A stretch of 64,000 bases of DNA from Zygnema circumcarinatum SAG 698-1b (GCA_037447605.1 CM074817.1:1364001-1428000); one strand, 5' to 3'. Counted from the stretch's first letter, positions 24,353 to 39,296 are shown. Notes: a model not told the origin generated them from the letters alone. Program-made: numbers and translations.

Positions 24353-26843
24353 TTCAGCGGTGGCATTTTTCACTTGAATCGTAGTGCCTTTGCTTTTTCA
24401 GATGTGTTATTGTTTGTGAGCTATTGTGTTTCCTTGGCAGCTATCGGAAAGCAAGAAGTTGGAACTGCTCCGGAATGTTGCAGAGTGTGCTCCGTACACG
24501 GCTCCTTCTGATGCGAGGGTTATGCTTCCCACTCTTGTAGACCTTTTGAAGGTGAGTTATTTCCATATTCTTCTACAATATGAATTTCTGTATGGAAAGA
24601 CAAGGATCAGCAACATAGAGCTCATCTCAGAAATTGTACCCATATCAGCTGAGGCATCTCGGCCGCTTTGCTTAAAACAGGGAGTAGAAGCAATGATGTT
24701 TCTGAAGTGTTAGGCCCTCCAAGAGAGGGGAGAGAGAGAGAGAGAGAGGAAGAGAGGAGCTATGTTACATATCTTATAACTTAGCTGCAGGAATATTTGC
24801 TTTTCTTTCATGTTTGTTGGGTGAACAGAAGGATATCCCGAAGGAGAAGACAGAGGGGCTGAACTATCCTGCTATCGAATGTCTCGTTTACATCTTTCAT
24901 CATCTTGCATACAAGGTTGGAAGCAGCAAGGCTTTGCGATATCTATCTTTACCAGTTTCTGCTGTCTTCCTTGAGATAATCGATTGCCCACCCTGTAGAC
25001 TTATTGTAGGTCCTTTGTGTTTCATCGGTTGCTTTGTTTGTTTGTTTGTTTGGTTGTTTGGGTTTGGCCTTCAGGTTCCAAATGCCACAAATCCCCTTTG
25101 TGGCTATAAGGCCTATACCGGTCAACCGTCAGATCGACTCGGTGAAGATTTCAGTGCAGCAAATGAGGATTGGATGAAGAGGTGAGTTCTATGAAACTAT
25201 CAGTGTTCCGTCATGCTGAAGAGATAAAGACTGTAGCATCATTGCGATATATGATCTAAGGTCTCACTGGGGAGCTGTCTCTATGTGTTTTGATGCGCAT
25301 TTGTAAGATTTGAGAGTGCAGGCTGACAGTGTTGGAGGAGGACGTAAAGAAGAAGTTGAAGCAGCTGATGCAGGGGATGGTGGAGCACAATAAGGCAGAG
25401 AAGGGGGCGACGGATGAAGCTGCTAAAGCCGACGTTGTGAGTCCCTTATTTTTCAGCACATGGAACTCTGGTTTTGGAATGTTTGAACTGGAAAGGAAGT
25501 GACTCTTCTGGGCATTCTCTCACTCTTTTTGGCGAATGTGTCTGTAGAAGAAGGGTTCTTTTCAGATAGCAGTTAAGACCCTACACTCATTGAAAGGCTG
25601 GGGAGTGTTGCTGCTTGCAGAAAGCGAAGAAGGCTGTGGCAGCACAGCTGATGAGAAGCTGCACCAATATTGAGAAGATGGCAAAGGTATGCATTCTGGG
25701 TTGCAAGCACTACAGATTGCAGGTGTACTTGATGGTATTGGTGATCTATGGTCATGGAAAAAGTTTCGTCAGAAGATCTTTAAACTGAACTTAGTGGAGA
25801 AACCTATCCGAAAATTGGCACTTGAGAGTGTCTTTCCTTGCAATGCACATTGTGGACCCTTTCTCAAGAGAATTTGGAGTATTTGAAAGAATTGATGTCA
25901 CCCAGTATACAAAGGATGATTGAGCTGCCACATCCGTGTAGATGTATTTTTGTATTTCAGTTTGAATTGCGTTCTTAAGGCTTGCGTCAGGTAGCACATG
26001 CCCCTCCATGGACATGAACAGTGAAACTTTTTGGACTTCAGGTTCTCCATGCGAAGATTCCGTCGTTTATGAGCGGAACGACGGCTCCGATTCTTTCATG
26101 GAAACCCGAAAGCAACAACAAGGCAGCCCCCAAAGCGGCGAATTTGACCTCTCCTCCTGTTGCAGGGTATGCACAGCTCAGACCTATTACTGACTCCGCC
26201 CAGGACGAGCAAAAAACCAAGAGAGCACTGCATTCATTCATTCATTCATTCATCCATATTCAATAAGTATAGCAACTTAATCTAACATTGAATCGTGCTT
26301 TTGTTTGTTTCCTATTGGTACTGATAGAAACCCGTCTCAGCAAAAAATGTTCCAAGTTATTCACCTGTTTCTTTATGTTTGCCAAAACCAGCTTATAACC
26401 TGTCTCTTGTGTTCTTTTGCTGCAATGGATTCCATTCTTTGCCTCGAGTTTTTCATGAACTCTTCCATGTCGATGAACCACACCCCTCTTCCACGATTAA
26501 CTTTGACTGGTCGCACTGCCACTTCCAGAATACGGTGAACTCGATTGTTCCCTTTGCTTTGTTTGACTTTGGTTGTCTCATTCAACCCCTCCTCCTGTTG
26601 CTCAGGGTGAAGCGGCCGAACCCAACTGCAACCAACGGAGCGGGAGGAGAGGGAGCTGCTGCCAAGAGGGCGCGCCCCCCAGGGCAGCTCGCCAGTAGAG
26701 CTTTGCAGGGCCTCTCCGGGCAGCAACAGCAGCAGCAGCAGCAGCAGCAGGCACCTCCTCGTATGGGGCAGGCGGGGGGCACTTCAAACCTTAGAGGGGG
26801 GCTCGCAGGGCGGAGGCGGCCATGGCAGCAGAGAAGAAAGTAG
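21000..26843 (+). CDS. API5: Apoptosis inhibitor 5-like protein (multi-exon)
   Basis: [37 protein letters not shown]...[62 protein letters not shown]. Exons have GT-AG borders. Late exons are approximate. Confidence 0.88.
23640..24134. repeat. (CCCACT)n / CT-rich microsatellite expansion in an API5 intron
   Basis: Long perfect hexamer run, which explains the overlapping PT/GV/WE low-complexity ORFs. Confidence 0.9.
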
Positions 26844-28783
26844 GAATTAGGGTTAGGTTCCCCCTCTCCCCTTAGTCTCCAGCCGCAGTTTTGAGTCCGG
26901 TTCTTGGGTACGTAGTGGTGTGGTCATCAACACTAGCGCGAGCGTGAAAGGCATTTGCTCTCTGCAAGCAGGTTGAAGCCTTTAGCTGAGATTCCGCAAG
27001 CATGGGGATCAGTTCCACCCTGTAAGCAGAACAGGATCTCGCGAATGCACGTTTCTTTGTTGCTGTTTGAAAGGGCTTGGCAGCCATTAGTAGCAGAGGT
27101 AAATGACATGCGAGCAGCGTTTCCGGCATGTGCACATCTTCGGCCACAAGTTGAGAACGAAGTGGGTTCAGGGTCTAAATGGTGTTCGCGTCTGCCTTTA
27201 TGCCTCCTTGCTTCTTACTGGTGAAAGGGTGAGATTAATTTACACGCTACAACAGGCGACTGCCCGCTCCAAATTCCCTACAAGCTCAGTCCGACCAACA
27301 GAGCTCATGTTGTATCGGCACGTTGAATCCACACGCCGCATTTGGACTTGCGCTTATGTAGGACTGAACGACCGCTTAGACCGTCTTAGAGAAGTTGGGG
27401 AACACAAAAACACAAAGATACACGCAGGATACCCAAAATGAATCTACTTTTGGTGAAGTCGTGCGCTTTTGCGGACATCACCCTTTCGTGGAGAAGAAGC
27501 AGAGAATTCACGAAAACAAACAAATGGCCAGGACCTTAGAAAACAGCCGTGTACAAGGCAGAATATCCACACATGTAATTACACAATGTCCAAATGAGGA
27601 TGTCCTGTCTGTCAGCCTGTCTATCTGTCTGTCTATCTGTCTGATCAAATTGGTTTGCCTGAAATGGCTAATGAAACGCATGGCATTGCACGCAAAAAAG
27701 TTATTTTTAAACTCTAGTATTATCCACAGAATCTCTCTCTCTCTGTCTCCTGCTCTCTATCTATCTATCTCTCTCTCTCTCGAACTCTGCATTATTATCA
27801 CATTTCTGAGTTGGAGTACAGGACTAAACCATCCTCCTAGGACACCCGCCACCGGGCTACAGATCACTGCACAACCCTCTTATGACGAGCCTTTATGCAG
27901 TTCGTACAGCTATAAGTTTTGAGGGACTATCTGAACTCAGCTTCGTTATTTACACATACCTTCAGCAGAGCTTTCCTCACCTCCTCGACTAACCAACCTA
28001 AAAAGCGTAAACGGATCTTCTTCCTCTTACCACAGTTAAGGCAGAGCACAAATGCCGGATATACGACAAGGACTCCCCAGACTTTGACCATTGGAAGTAG
28101 AGCGAGGACGTCTTATGTACCATTGACAATCTTGAGGCAAACTTTTCCCCCCTAGAAATCAGCCACAGGTTCCAATTCCCTTACTCGAAGGAGCATTTTT
28201 CTGGACCACAGAAACAGCGGGGCTGGGATTCAGCTGCAGCAATGGGGAAAACAACATCGACAGCAAAGCTAGAATTTCTAATAGCAAGAAGACGAGCTTG
28301 AAATCCTTGGAAATTTGATCACCAATACCACCTCTTAACAAGCGCTCCCTCAACCTTTTAGAATGAGCTCCCCTTCGAAAAAACTTAGTTAATAGGGAGA
28401 GACCTCCTGCCTTTCATAGCTCCATAATCCTCCTCATAACTCAGCGACCGCCTGGGAAAACAGCAAACCTCAGCAATTTCAGCATACACACTTTTACTTT
28501 CTCATTTTTTGTCCACTTTTTTCCTCCTCCTGGGGCTGAAAAAGGCCAGTGGCCTTTCAAATTCTCAACCACAGCCACCCTGCTTCCGAACAAAAAGACA
28601 GTCACACTCACAACCAAAACAGCTGATACGAACAAGAGCAGAGTGCTGAAGGGTCTGCCGATAGGAGGCCTCTAGATTAGGGCTGCAAAGTAGTCACAGC
28701 TTTTCAAAACAAGCATAGATTCCCGATCCCCTTTTTCCTTATAGCTGTCTCAGAACTTTGCTTTCACATTAGAAAGGGGGGTC

Positions 28784-31700
28784 TCACCCTCCCCTCTCAC
28801 CTTCATCCTTGTAGTCCAGCGTTTCACCCTCTTGGGCTTCCTTGCAGACCTCCTCTGCGGTACACTTTGAGCTTCGATCCTCACTGCCTCGCCTTCGGCT
28901 AAATGACGGCAATACCACATCCTCATCTTTGTCGTCATCCTCATTTTCATCATCATCATCGCCCTTACCTTCACCATCTCCCTCGTCCTCTTTCTCAGAG
29001 TCATCATCTCTCATGTCTCCATCAATCTCCTCAGCCGTCCATTTCGGGTCCTCTGCATCCTTCACATCACATTGCTCGTCGTCGTCTTCGATTTCTACCT
29101 CCCCTCCCTCCATGCCTCCTTCCTTCCTTACACCTGTCTCCTCCAATTCTTCACGATTCTTTTTTAATTCCATCGTCTCCTTTATCCCATCACTCTTGCT
29201 TCTCCTTTGTCTCTTACTGCCCCTTCTCCCGTCGTCCTCCTCAGGCTCCTCAAGGGCTCTTGACTCTTTTCTGCTGTCCATTATCTGCGAATCCATCGCT
29301 GCATGGACAGTGTTAAATAATTGCCCCACATTAGTACATCCGCAAAACAGGTTTATCCTGCCACTAATCCACCTGTGTTAACCATTTCTCTAACGGTTTT
29401 TAACCACTGGCCCCAAACAAGGGGTTGCAAGGGGCTGTATCTCTCTCCATTCCCACTGACATTTCCTTCTCTTCTTGCCGCCTCTCTCCCTCCGCCCCCT
29501 TAGGTGGTAATAGACAAGCAACATACAAACAACCCCAGAACATGTTAACTTGTGGTTGGCTAACGCAAGAAGATAGGAAGACACAGGAAAAAGTAACTTC
29601 CTGAGATCAACTCTCCGTCTCTCTACCACTTCAGGAATCCACTCGTGTAAATTCCCCCAGAGACTGGCCCTCAAATTGCAAGACAATATCCACGACTGCC
29701 ACATCTATGTCAATTTTCATGAGCACCCACAGCTCAAATGCGATGACTAACTGAACAAGTTCGCACCTGAGGTTGTCACCATTTCCCCTCTGCATCTCGG
29801 CCTTCGACTCATTTCACTCCTTAGTCTTGCACTACCATTGGATCGGCTTCTCAACTGCATACACAGCCACCAACAAGAATATTTCATTATGACTCGCTCA
29901 TCATTGATTGGCACACATCCCAAAGTATGGCACACTTAAAGGACAGTACTCAGAACCGAATACTGAACAAAAGAGATATTTGAAGCCGAAAAATTGCAGC
30001 TTACCTTTCCACAAGTCATTGACATGGTAATGAAGATAAGACACACGAGCAAACTAGGCTAAAGCGTCCCTTATCTAACCAGACTATCTGGGAGGGGGCG
30101 CACTACGGTATAGATAGGGGAACATTAAATGGTCCTTGCCATAAGGCAGAAGCTGAGAGTACCAATTGCAGTTCACTAGCAGAGATGTCTGAAGCCTCTT
30201 TGTCGGAAACATTAATATCATTGCCAGGTTGCAAAGCAGCACTGGTAGAGTAAGGAATGCTTTGTTACTAGTTCCTTTTTAAGAAACTGCAACTCTTAAT
30301 GCCATTATGGTACTTTTTGCGGCAGCTGATGTCCAAAAAGAAGGCGACGCGTACCCTATAATTCGCTGCACTCCAAGGGACCCACTGATCGCCGAGAAGA
30401 AAAAGGGAGCAGCGCAAATTCTGAAACTCCACTACGTGTGTATCCCTTTCACCTAAAAAGGGAAGGAAGGAAAAATACAAGCGAAGCTGTCAAAACATGA
30501 ACCCTTCCTTCTCACAAACTGGCAATGAAAGATAGGGAGATAGGGGTCAGGAGAGGCAAGGGAAGTGGTCATAGAGAAAGCGAGACGGGTAAGGGAGCGA
30601 GACATGGACTAGAGGAAATGGGTGATAGATAACAGACGACAAGTAGAACAGGTGCAGAAAGATAACAGGCAAGTCGCAGATAAACAATTGCTTTTGCTGA
30701 AAAAGGCTCAAGAATAGGAGAGTCTGAAGGGCTCACCAGGGAAAAAGACTGTAGCTTTGTGCGTGTCAATGTGGGTTTCTTGCACAATTCCTTCCCACCA
30801 TCTGACCCCACAAAGTAACAGCCACCATAACACCTCCCTCTAACGAAATGAGCGTGCAAACAACCTTATCTCCTCTCCTATTCCTCAAAATCTAACATAC
30901 GTTTACTCATCTACACAGATCAAAAGCAGCTGACCTCACTTACCCGTCATCAATCCAAGCATCGACATGGTCCCCTTCTTTCCAAGAAACAGAAGGGGCT
31001 CCTCCTCGCCTTCTCTTACGGCCCGTTTCTGTTATCTCCTCATGCTTTCGTCCTGGTCTGATGAACTGCTGCTTCTCTGAGTTCATTACTTCGGCATCGA
31101 TTTTAAGAGATGTCCATTCTTCCAATGGCTGCATGCCTGTTCACCCAATGAAACAAAAAAAAGTGTTCACCACATATCAGATTTTCCCATATATGTGTCC
31201 AAAACGTACACAGTTTTAATTGTTTCACAGGTATCATGCTCCCTGACATACGCAGTTGTGTCAAAGACCACAGAAAGCTCACTCTTGATAAACTCTTTAC
31301 TCGGTGGCTACCTCATAGTAAACAACTGTATTCGAGCAATCTTCTCAACGTAATGATGAGACAAATATAAGAGAAAGGACAGGCAGGCCAAGTAAAGTGA
31401 TAAGCATGTAATTTGAAATAATGAAAGACGGCAAACCACACAAAAATCAGCTGAGATGGAAACAACTTTGAAGGAAAATGACTGAATTTTTATTCCTTGT
31501 AAAGGAAAAGCTGGTATGTGCAACTTGACTTTACGAGAACATAAGCTGCAGCTTGACAGGAGGGCATCTCACTTGATGCAAAACATGAAGAGTACTGAAA
31601 TCGTCAGCATTTTTCACGGGCAAGCAGCATCAATATCACAGTACCCTTCTTGGCATGGGGATCTTACCTTTGTCGTCTAGCAGCTCATCGAATCTGACAA

Positions 31701-34700
31701 GAGCCTTATCATTAGAGATTTCCAAAATTTCAGCTGTAAACCATCCGCCACAAAAGCCTGCCTCATTGGAACAGACCTGTGAAAATCAAACAACACCTAT
31801 TACTAGTGTAAGCATCCACCTATGATAAAGAAGTTTCCAGGCAAGAAGTCCGGAGCTTTGATTGTTAACTATGTACAATCATGCAGTCCTTATGTAATAT
31901 GAAGCCAAGGCTAAATGCATTTACACAGGGATGAAGCATTCGCACCAATGGAGCCATAAGAAGCCTCTCTGAAAAAGGTAACCAAGCTTCAGGACGCCAT
32001 ACTCAAAGAAAAATTACGAGAGTGCAGAAGGTACAGAAAAAAAATCCCATAGAACCTCCCAAAGTCCCTGCCATATAATGTTCTGGTCCTGTAGACTTTT
32101 TCTCTCAAAGATTTTGAAGAAGCCACAAATGCACCTTGTCTCCATAGTCCAAACTCACTCCTAAGGTGTAAGGCATTGACCCTTTTTTGCTTCTTCTGTT
32201 GTATGTACATATCGCATGTTTCTCTTCTAGCATTTCAAGGGTTACCGTATACAACGTTCTTCATTATCCAATCAGAGACGCTGCATGTGACATTGGACAC
32301 GTACAACCAGGTTGCTATCAAAACCGGACCTCCTTACCCTCCACAAGCACCCCTCCCCCTTTCCACCTTTTCCTCCACTGTTCTCACCTCGACAGCATCA
32401 CCAACCGCAAAAGACGCTCCTGCTGTATGAGCCACTTGTGCTTTGGGCGTACTGGCAGGTCGTGTTGCTGCCTTCATCTTCACGTCAAGTGAGTTCCTTT
32501 TATATACTGGCCGTTTGAAGGCCTCTATGTATGTCTGTGCTGCAGGCAATGCAAGAACCCAAGTTGCTCCTACCTGCAACTGCTCCGACGTGTGTTTAAT
32601 TCCCGGTTCACATGCATGAACCATCGACTTTCTAGACTCTCCACCTTGTCTAAATGACCTGATTTTCCCACGGCTGTCCTTCTGAAGCAATGCCAAGGCT
32701 CTATCTTTAGCTGCAAAAGCGACCCCTACAGCTGCATTTGCAGCAGCTTGACATGCCATTGCCACTTGAATAGCGGTAATGGCTTCTGCGGCTGCGGCCA
32801 CACCTGCTTCAACTCCTGCCATTTCGCACTTCCCTAGCTCGCCTCTCAAGTTTTCAATCTCCACATGAGCTTTAGATAAAGCAGCATACGAGGCAGCATT
32901 CCCTTTTTGGGCCTCTACTGCCGCTTCCCTGACAGCCTCTGCCCAGCTAGGGACGTTTTGGAATTCACCTTTTTGGGAAGAACCCTCAGTACCCTGATTT
33001 GCGGCTTTCTGAGCTACAGGATTAAAAGCCACTACTGAGCTTTCAGCAGCTTGCATAGCTGCCTGGGCTGCTCTAAGTGCAGCAGTAGGATTCCCAGTGT
33101 CCTTGGTTAAGAATTCTGTGGCGGCTGCTTTCGCTCTGACGCTATTAGGCGTGCTGATGAGCAGATTTCCCAACATGAGAGGATCTACAGATCTCAAGTC
33201 TTCAGCCGGAATGGAGGCAGAAGGGGAAGTCTGCACTCTAGAATTTCCGAACTTGGAGTTTCGGTTTCTTCGTCCGGGAGGCATGTCGTCAGAAAACGTG
33301 CACGAGTAAGGAAACGTGGAATGATGCTGACTTGTCTCAGCAGGCCCATTCTGTGACTTGCCCCCCCGTCTTCTTACCCTTCCATTCTCCTTCGGGACGT
33401 TAACACTGCCCCTACCCCTACCCCTGCCCCTGCCCCTGCCCCTGCCTCTGCCTGTACCCATATTCCTGCCCCTCCCACTTAATTTTCTACTGCCTGTATC
33501 AGACTCTGAGGGATCCATCGACTGTCCTATTCCTGCTGCGATATCAAAGGATAATTCTGTACGTCTCCCTCGATGATGAGAGTGAGAGCCTATCGCTTCA
33601 GAGATTGGAGATTCTGTTGACGAATGATGGGGGCCGAATTCACAAGTTGACAACGGATATGTAGGAGTTCCTCCATTAACTAAAGGAGAGGCCAAGCCTC
33701 CAGTTGGCCGAGGCAACTGATGAGGTATCGCTGAAACTGAAGATTGGAGTAGAAACATTGACTGCACCTGTGGTGAGAGTCTCTCTGGAGGCCATTGAGA
33801 ACACGAATCCGGAACAACTGTTGGAGCTTCTGGTGACAATGGGAGTTGATTAGCAGTTTCATTTGCCTCTTGTACAGCTTTCCAGGCAGCTTGCAACTGC
33901 GTCCAATGCTCAATGTCGACTGACGATAATCCTGCGCCCATAGCATTGCATGAGGACAGCATTACAATCTGCGGAAAAACGCTTGCTCTCAGAAGCTCTC
34001 TTTGACATGAGGCTGCAAGTGAAAATTGAAGTTGAAAAATCAGAAAAGCACGTAAGTATGAAGTGACACCTCAACAAAATTCTTAACTTGCCTTAAGAGG
34101 ATCTAAGGCATAGCTCAGATTGAAAACATTGGCAAACGTTTGGTGAACTTGACATGGCGGGCAATAAAGCCAGTTGAACAAGGAAAGACATGAAATGGCA
34201 TGAAATTAAACGAACCTTACTCAATATACCATTTCACACTAATCACATGCTTCAACGATCCAGAACCTCTCTTTGCTCTCGTCTGGGTTTGGTGAAGTAT
34301 AGTAACGAACCTTCCAATAATGATCCAGTTTACTTCATTTACCACTGAGGAAAGGTGAAAGATAAAAGCTTTCCTAAACACACATTGAAGCTTAAGTATG
34401 GTGCCCTTGTACATCATGATTTCCCAAAATATACCTTGAGGATAGCCGGCAAACGCGATAGCCTTCAATTCAGGTTCAAGAGGCTCCCTTCGACTGCCGG
34501 AGAAAAAAAACAGCAATGCTATGTATTTTTCAGATAACACGTTAAGATCTATTCCCTATCATACTGAGAGTTAACCAGGAAGGACTGTCTCAGAGTTATT
34601 TCAAGCCGTACGATAGCCAAGCAACCGGTGCTTTACCGACTTTATAGCATAGATTATGAATATGATATACGACCTGGAAGTTTGTTTAGCAATACAATGA

Positions 34701-35740
34701 ATATAAGCTCGTAAGTTTCTTTTACAGTTATCGTAGTTCTAGCACAAAGTATGTTAGCTCTGTATCAAGAGCCAAAAAAAAAAAAATCATCCTTGCATTT
34801 CTGCAAAGCAAGAGTCGATTCTTTTTTAGAGGAGATTGGAGTATAAGACATATTTCTGAATTATGATCCGAGCCCTTGCTAGCAGCTACCTTGTGCTGGA
34901 TGCTGAGAAAGAGCCTAAAAAAACCTACGCAAATTCCGATTTCAAAATTTCCATGTACTAGAAAATAATCACCTTTTCGTTTCCACTGTTTTAAGGCCCT
35001 GGTTCTTGCAGCACGCTACGCACCTCACTTTGAAAATTTGCACCATTCCAATAACATCTGATCAAGGGCTACAGTTAACGGTATTTATAAATTTCTAATT
35101 CTCCAAATATAAACTTTTCATGCTTGTCAAGACTCTTCTTCAAAAGCATTCTCCTGCTTTTGCACTTCGTAAACCTTGTTAATGATGTTTTTCCTTTGGT
35201 TACTCTTTAGAGAAAGTTTCTCCGCTATTCCTCTGACCATTTGTGCTGCTATCAGATGGAAACTGCAAAGCATTTGATAAAAGGTACTCACATGATTCTG
35301 CCGTAAGTGAATATGTGTGCCTCAATCTGTGCCAGCTGCATATCAATCAGAACAGGATCCCCCACGAGGTAACTTGGTGGCGGTCTTGGAAGCTGCACCC
35401 TGAGAGATTGATCAACCGCAGTTCGGCTCTCAGGAGCTTCATCGTCTAATAGTGATATTATCCGCTCGTCGCTGCCCTGTAACAATACGAATTCTCCTGC
35501 AACTTTACACTTCACATTGTTCTGAACAGAATTGGAAGAAATCTTCTCAGACACCTTTTCCAGGGGAGGGATTGAGTTTGCTTGAAAAGAAATTGAAGTA
35601 TTTCTGGCCTCCATTAGACATGAGCTTTCAGGTTCACAATCCCCTGCGGCATAACAAGGAGCTGTGTGTGAGAACATAGCCATATGCCAAAATCCATTTA
35701 TCGAATCAGCCAGAAAGGAGCTATAAACTTTCGAAGCCAA
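28784..35740 (-). CDS. Agenet/Tudor-domain protein, G2484-1-like (5' end uncertain)
   Basis: IDMQLAQIEAHIFTYGRI motif and a large Ala-rich exon (~32400-34014). Two Agenet domains: FAVGDAVEV..NEAGFCGGWFTAEI...LEEW, and WKEGDHVDAWIDDGWWEGIV...VFFPGERD...LRCSL..GDQWVPW. Acidic last exon. Confidence 0.8.
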
Positions 35741-36546
35741 CTATTAGCTTGATTGCATGTTGGAATGCATCGCATCAGTGAGGGATGGATCATCCCTCCC
35801 CCCCTTCCTCTATAGTACAATCGACGATTCTATATACGACCATATTTTTATTCAGGGTTGAGAGATGGGCATACAGTATGTCTTCCATCATGCCCGTCTT
35901 TCGACGGAAAAAAATAAACTTAAAAGCCCTCTATAAGCCAAGACAAAAGAACGAGGGGAGTGGAAGCACAGATGTAACGAATAGCCGCACAACAACACGC
36001 AAGCCTTTCGTCCTTATTCAGTTCCTTCTTATTATAGTTCTACAACAGAAGTGTGCATATTTTCCAAGCGAATGCTTGCCTTGTCCATTCACTGATCTCT
36101 GAAGAACACTGGAGCTGCCTGTCAGCCATCAGAACTACTGTGATCGTATAATTCTTCCGAAGCGCAGGAAGGCTGAACTCTAATTTTGCAGCATGGCTTG
36201 GCAAGTGTCGACTTTTTACCATGCTGCACTCCGGAACACGAGATTAAGTATAGATCCACTCGAACTGTCGGAAGTCAACTAAACAAAAAAACTGAAACCA
36301 CGAGCAACAATACCGTACAGCTACATGTACCACTGTGTAGCCGTAACCGGCTAATTAAACTGCTACATGTAACACAGCTGAGCGAGAGCATGGTGATTAG
36401 TTAGTTAGTCATCTCTTTGATTATCCATTCTATATGACCCAGCTTGGGATTCCTTCCGGGGAGCAGTATAGGGATGGATTCGTTACGACTACATAATATA
36501 TATTATATTATACAACTGTGACGACTAGATAACATGGGCGCAAACT

Positions 36547-38325
36547 TTCATTGAACTCGCGATGGCGAGGCCATCAAATTTACATGGATAAAGGCAAAAT
36601 GTGGAACCACGAAGGACTGGTCACAAAGGACCGAAACACAATAAAACGAATCTAGGAGCGGAAAACTACGCCTAGGCACAACAACGCAGCCCTAGAAGCA
36701 GCCGCGAAGGTCACCGATGTGAGGCACGTCGCGAGGAGGGAGCGGCGGAAGTCCACCAACACGGTCACCAACAACTGCAGCACGCCGAAGTAGCGTAGAA
36801 GCGAGGCAACGCTGAAGGGCCCGACGGAAACACGTTGTCGACAAAAGGGCAGCCAAGATTGCGAGCAGGGCTTCCGGGCCGCACTCGAACAGCGCGATGG
36901 GCGTTGCGAAGGAAGGATCCAAACGGGTGTCGAGGCACCCAAAAATCTCAGAGTGCGAAGGAACAGCTTGCGGGCCATCACGGTGAGCACATGCATGCCC
37001 GCCGAAAGGCCGCATCGCGAGCAGCCACGCCTTCACTTATGTGCCCTGGACGCTGAAATAAACGCTGACGCGATCGGCCAATACATCCTAAACACGCCGG
37101 GCACCATCCATAAGAGCCAAATCAGGGCGAACTCCGCCGCTGCCTTAATAGTCGGCCGCGGGGATATGTTCAGGTGGCTCGCCCGCCGCATTGCCGTAAG
37201 TTAGCTTCTTGAGCCACCGCAGCACCTGATCGCCAAGCACAACATTAAGGGAGCTGGGAAAATGCGCTCACTCGTGCACATCGAAGTAGATGAACGCCCT
37301 GTGCATCAATCGAATCATCACAAACACAACGGCAGGAACCCTGCAATGGCGATGGGGAGTCAGACGGTCATACCGCAGTCGGTAAACTGGCCTGGGGTCA
37401 AAACGGCGGTGGAAAATATCGGGTAACAGCCAACCGGGCCCCAGCCCTGCAGGACCCGCAAGCATTAAGAGCGGCCGAGCACGCTAACATCAGAAGGAAG
37501 AGCCGCAATAAGGGTAGAGAACTCAGCAGCACCAACCTCATCAGTCAAAGTGAGCTCGACACGTGCAACAGACTCGACGGCAAGCAAAACAAACGGGGGC
37601 GCACGAGCCTGAGCACTAGCAGGAAGCAAACCATGGGCGTCACGCAATGCAACCTGAAACGGAAGATCACCATCATCAACATGAGCGACAACAGACTGAA
37701 GCAACGGACGATCAGCCACAATAAAACGCGAAGCCAAAATAGGAGCAACGAGAGCCCAACTACCCAAAAACGCAGAAGGCGCCACACGAATTGTCGGGAT
37801 GAGTCCTAAACCGCCCGCCGAAATAGGGAGCGAGGCTTGCGTACGTGCAAGCGGACCCTCCGGTCGATCGAAAATACCAGGACCCAAAAGGCGATGACAT
37901 ACAGAAAACAAACGCTCATCGAAAGATCGCAATGACTCAAGGAAAGCAGGGTTAGGAGGGAGAGTTCGCAAAAGGTATGACGGACGCAAAGCAAAACAAC
38001 GAGTAAGCAAAGAAAAAGCCACCTGAGGATCTGAAAGATGTGGAAGCTCATCGACCTGAGACGTATCCTCAACCAAAGCATCATCAACAAAACGATCAAC
38101 ATAAGATGCAACGCCAAAAGGGCAGNNNNNNNNNNGGGACGCAATCGGTGCAGGGGCCTCTCGTAACTCGCGAAAAATCTCATGACGATCCACCGTATTA
38201 AAAGCGTTTGTCACATCAACCTGCAAAACAACCCAATCAGGGTGAAGATCCAACGTCGCACGAATGCCATGAACTACGGCCTCGCGGCCCCCAGGGGTCG
38301 CCACACCAAACTGGTAAGGGGAAAA
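36547..38325 (-). mobile_element. 5'-truncated, decayed CRE-clade non-LTR retrotransposon (RT, CCHC knuckle, RLE endonuclease)
   Basis: PYQFGVATPGGREAVVHGIRATLDLHPDWVVLQVDVTNAFNTVDR (RT domains). CVCDDSIDAQGVHLLRC zinc knuckle, RPDL..DG..V.DV and EIFGCL RLE-region motifs. Frameshifts and stops throughout, N-gap at 38126-38135. Confidence 0.85.
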
Positions 38326-38354
38326 ACGGTTGATAACGGATAACGGTTGATATA

Positions 38355-39262
38355 CAGGGTTCTTCAAATAGGGGATTTCGGCTTAAGATAGGGGACTGTC
38401 CCCTAACTTGGTTTTGTAAAAACACGTAAATATGGACTGTACGGACAAAATCGTGCACGTACGGACATTCATCATTTCCCAACACTGCTACCGTCGAGTC
38501 TGATTTTTCAGTAATTGGATGGGAAAAAGACGAGTTTTGAAAGAGATTGACAGACTTTTCATTGGAAGACGAGTTTCGAAAGAGGTTGACAGACTTTTCA
38601 TTGGAAGGCATTTTTCACTGCAAACAGTTTGATAGTTTGACCGCTCTTCGAGGGTCTCTTTGAGTAGTTTGCATCACTTCTATAGCTGTCTTGTTCAGCC
38701 TAAAACTCCTAAAGGAGTGAGACCATTTTTCATTTCATTTCATTTCTAATTTTAGTTCCTATTTCAGTTTTCCTTTTGTGACTACACCTAGAATTTCAGA
38801 GGTTATGATTTGGAATAGAGTTTTTGTGAGGAAATGTCAAGACTATGATGGATTTTAAAGTGATACTTGGAGTAATTAATGATGGATGGAAAAGGAAATA
38901 GAGAGCTTAGGATTGGATCTACAAAGTTTCCGTGCAACTAAGTTTTTGAATAAGTAACTATATGTTGTGATTGCCAAATGCACAGTTGTTCTAATTGATT
39001 GGTAAAATTTACCAATCTATAAGAGTCGAAGAGGTTGTACTAGTTTCTAAAGCCGTGTTATTATACCAACAAGTAAAGTTCATATACATCATTGCTATCG
39101 TGGTTGCAAATGCAATTCATTTCCTTTTTGTTTTTAACCAAAAAAATGCTTTTTTGGGGCTTGTGTGGTATTTAAGTTAAAATCACGTAAACTAATCTCA
39201 AAATCTTACATAAATAAGCTATTTACGATATTTAGGGGATCTCCCCTATTTGAAGAACCCTG
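38355..39262. mobile_element. hAT-type non-autonomous DNA transposon (MITE)
   Basis: 21-bp perfect TIRs CAGGGTTCTTCAAATAGGGGA / TCCCCTATTTGAAGAACCCTG. 8-bp TSD ttgatata / ctgatata (7/8). Internal ~41-bp tandem duplication at ~38525-38610. Confidence 0.85.
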
Positions 39263-39296
39263 CTGATATATATTAATTTACAACGCCTTTACAACA

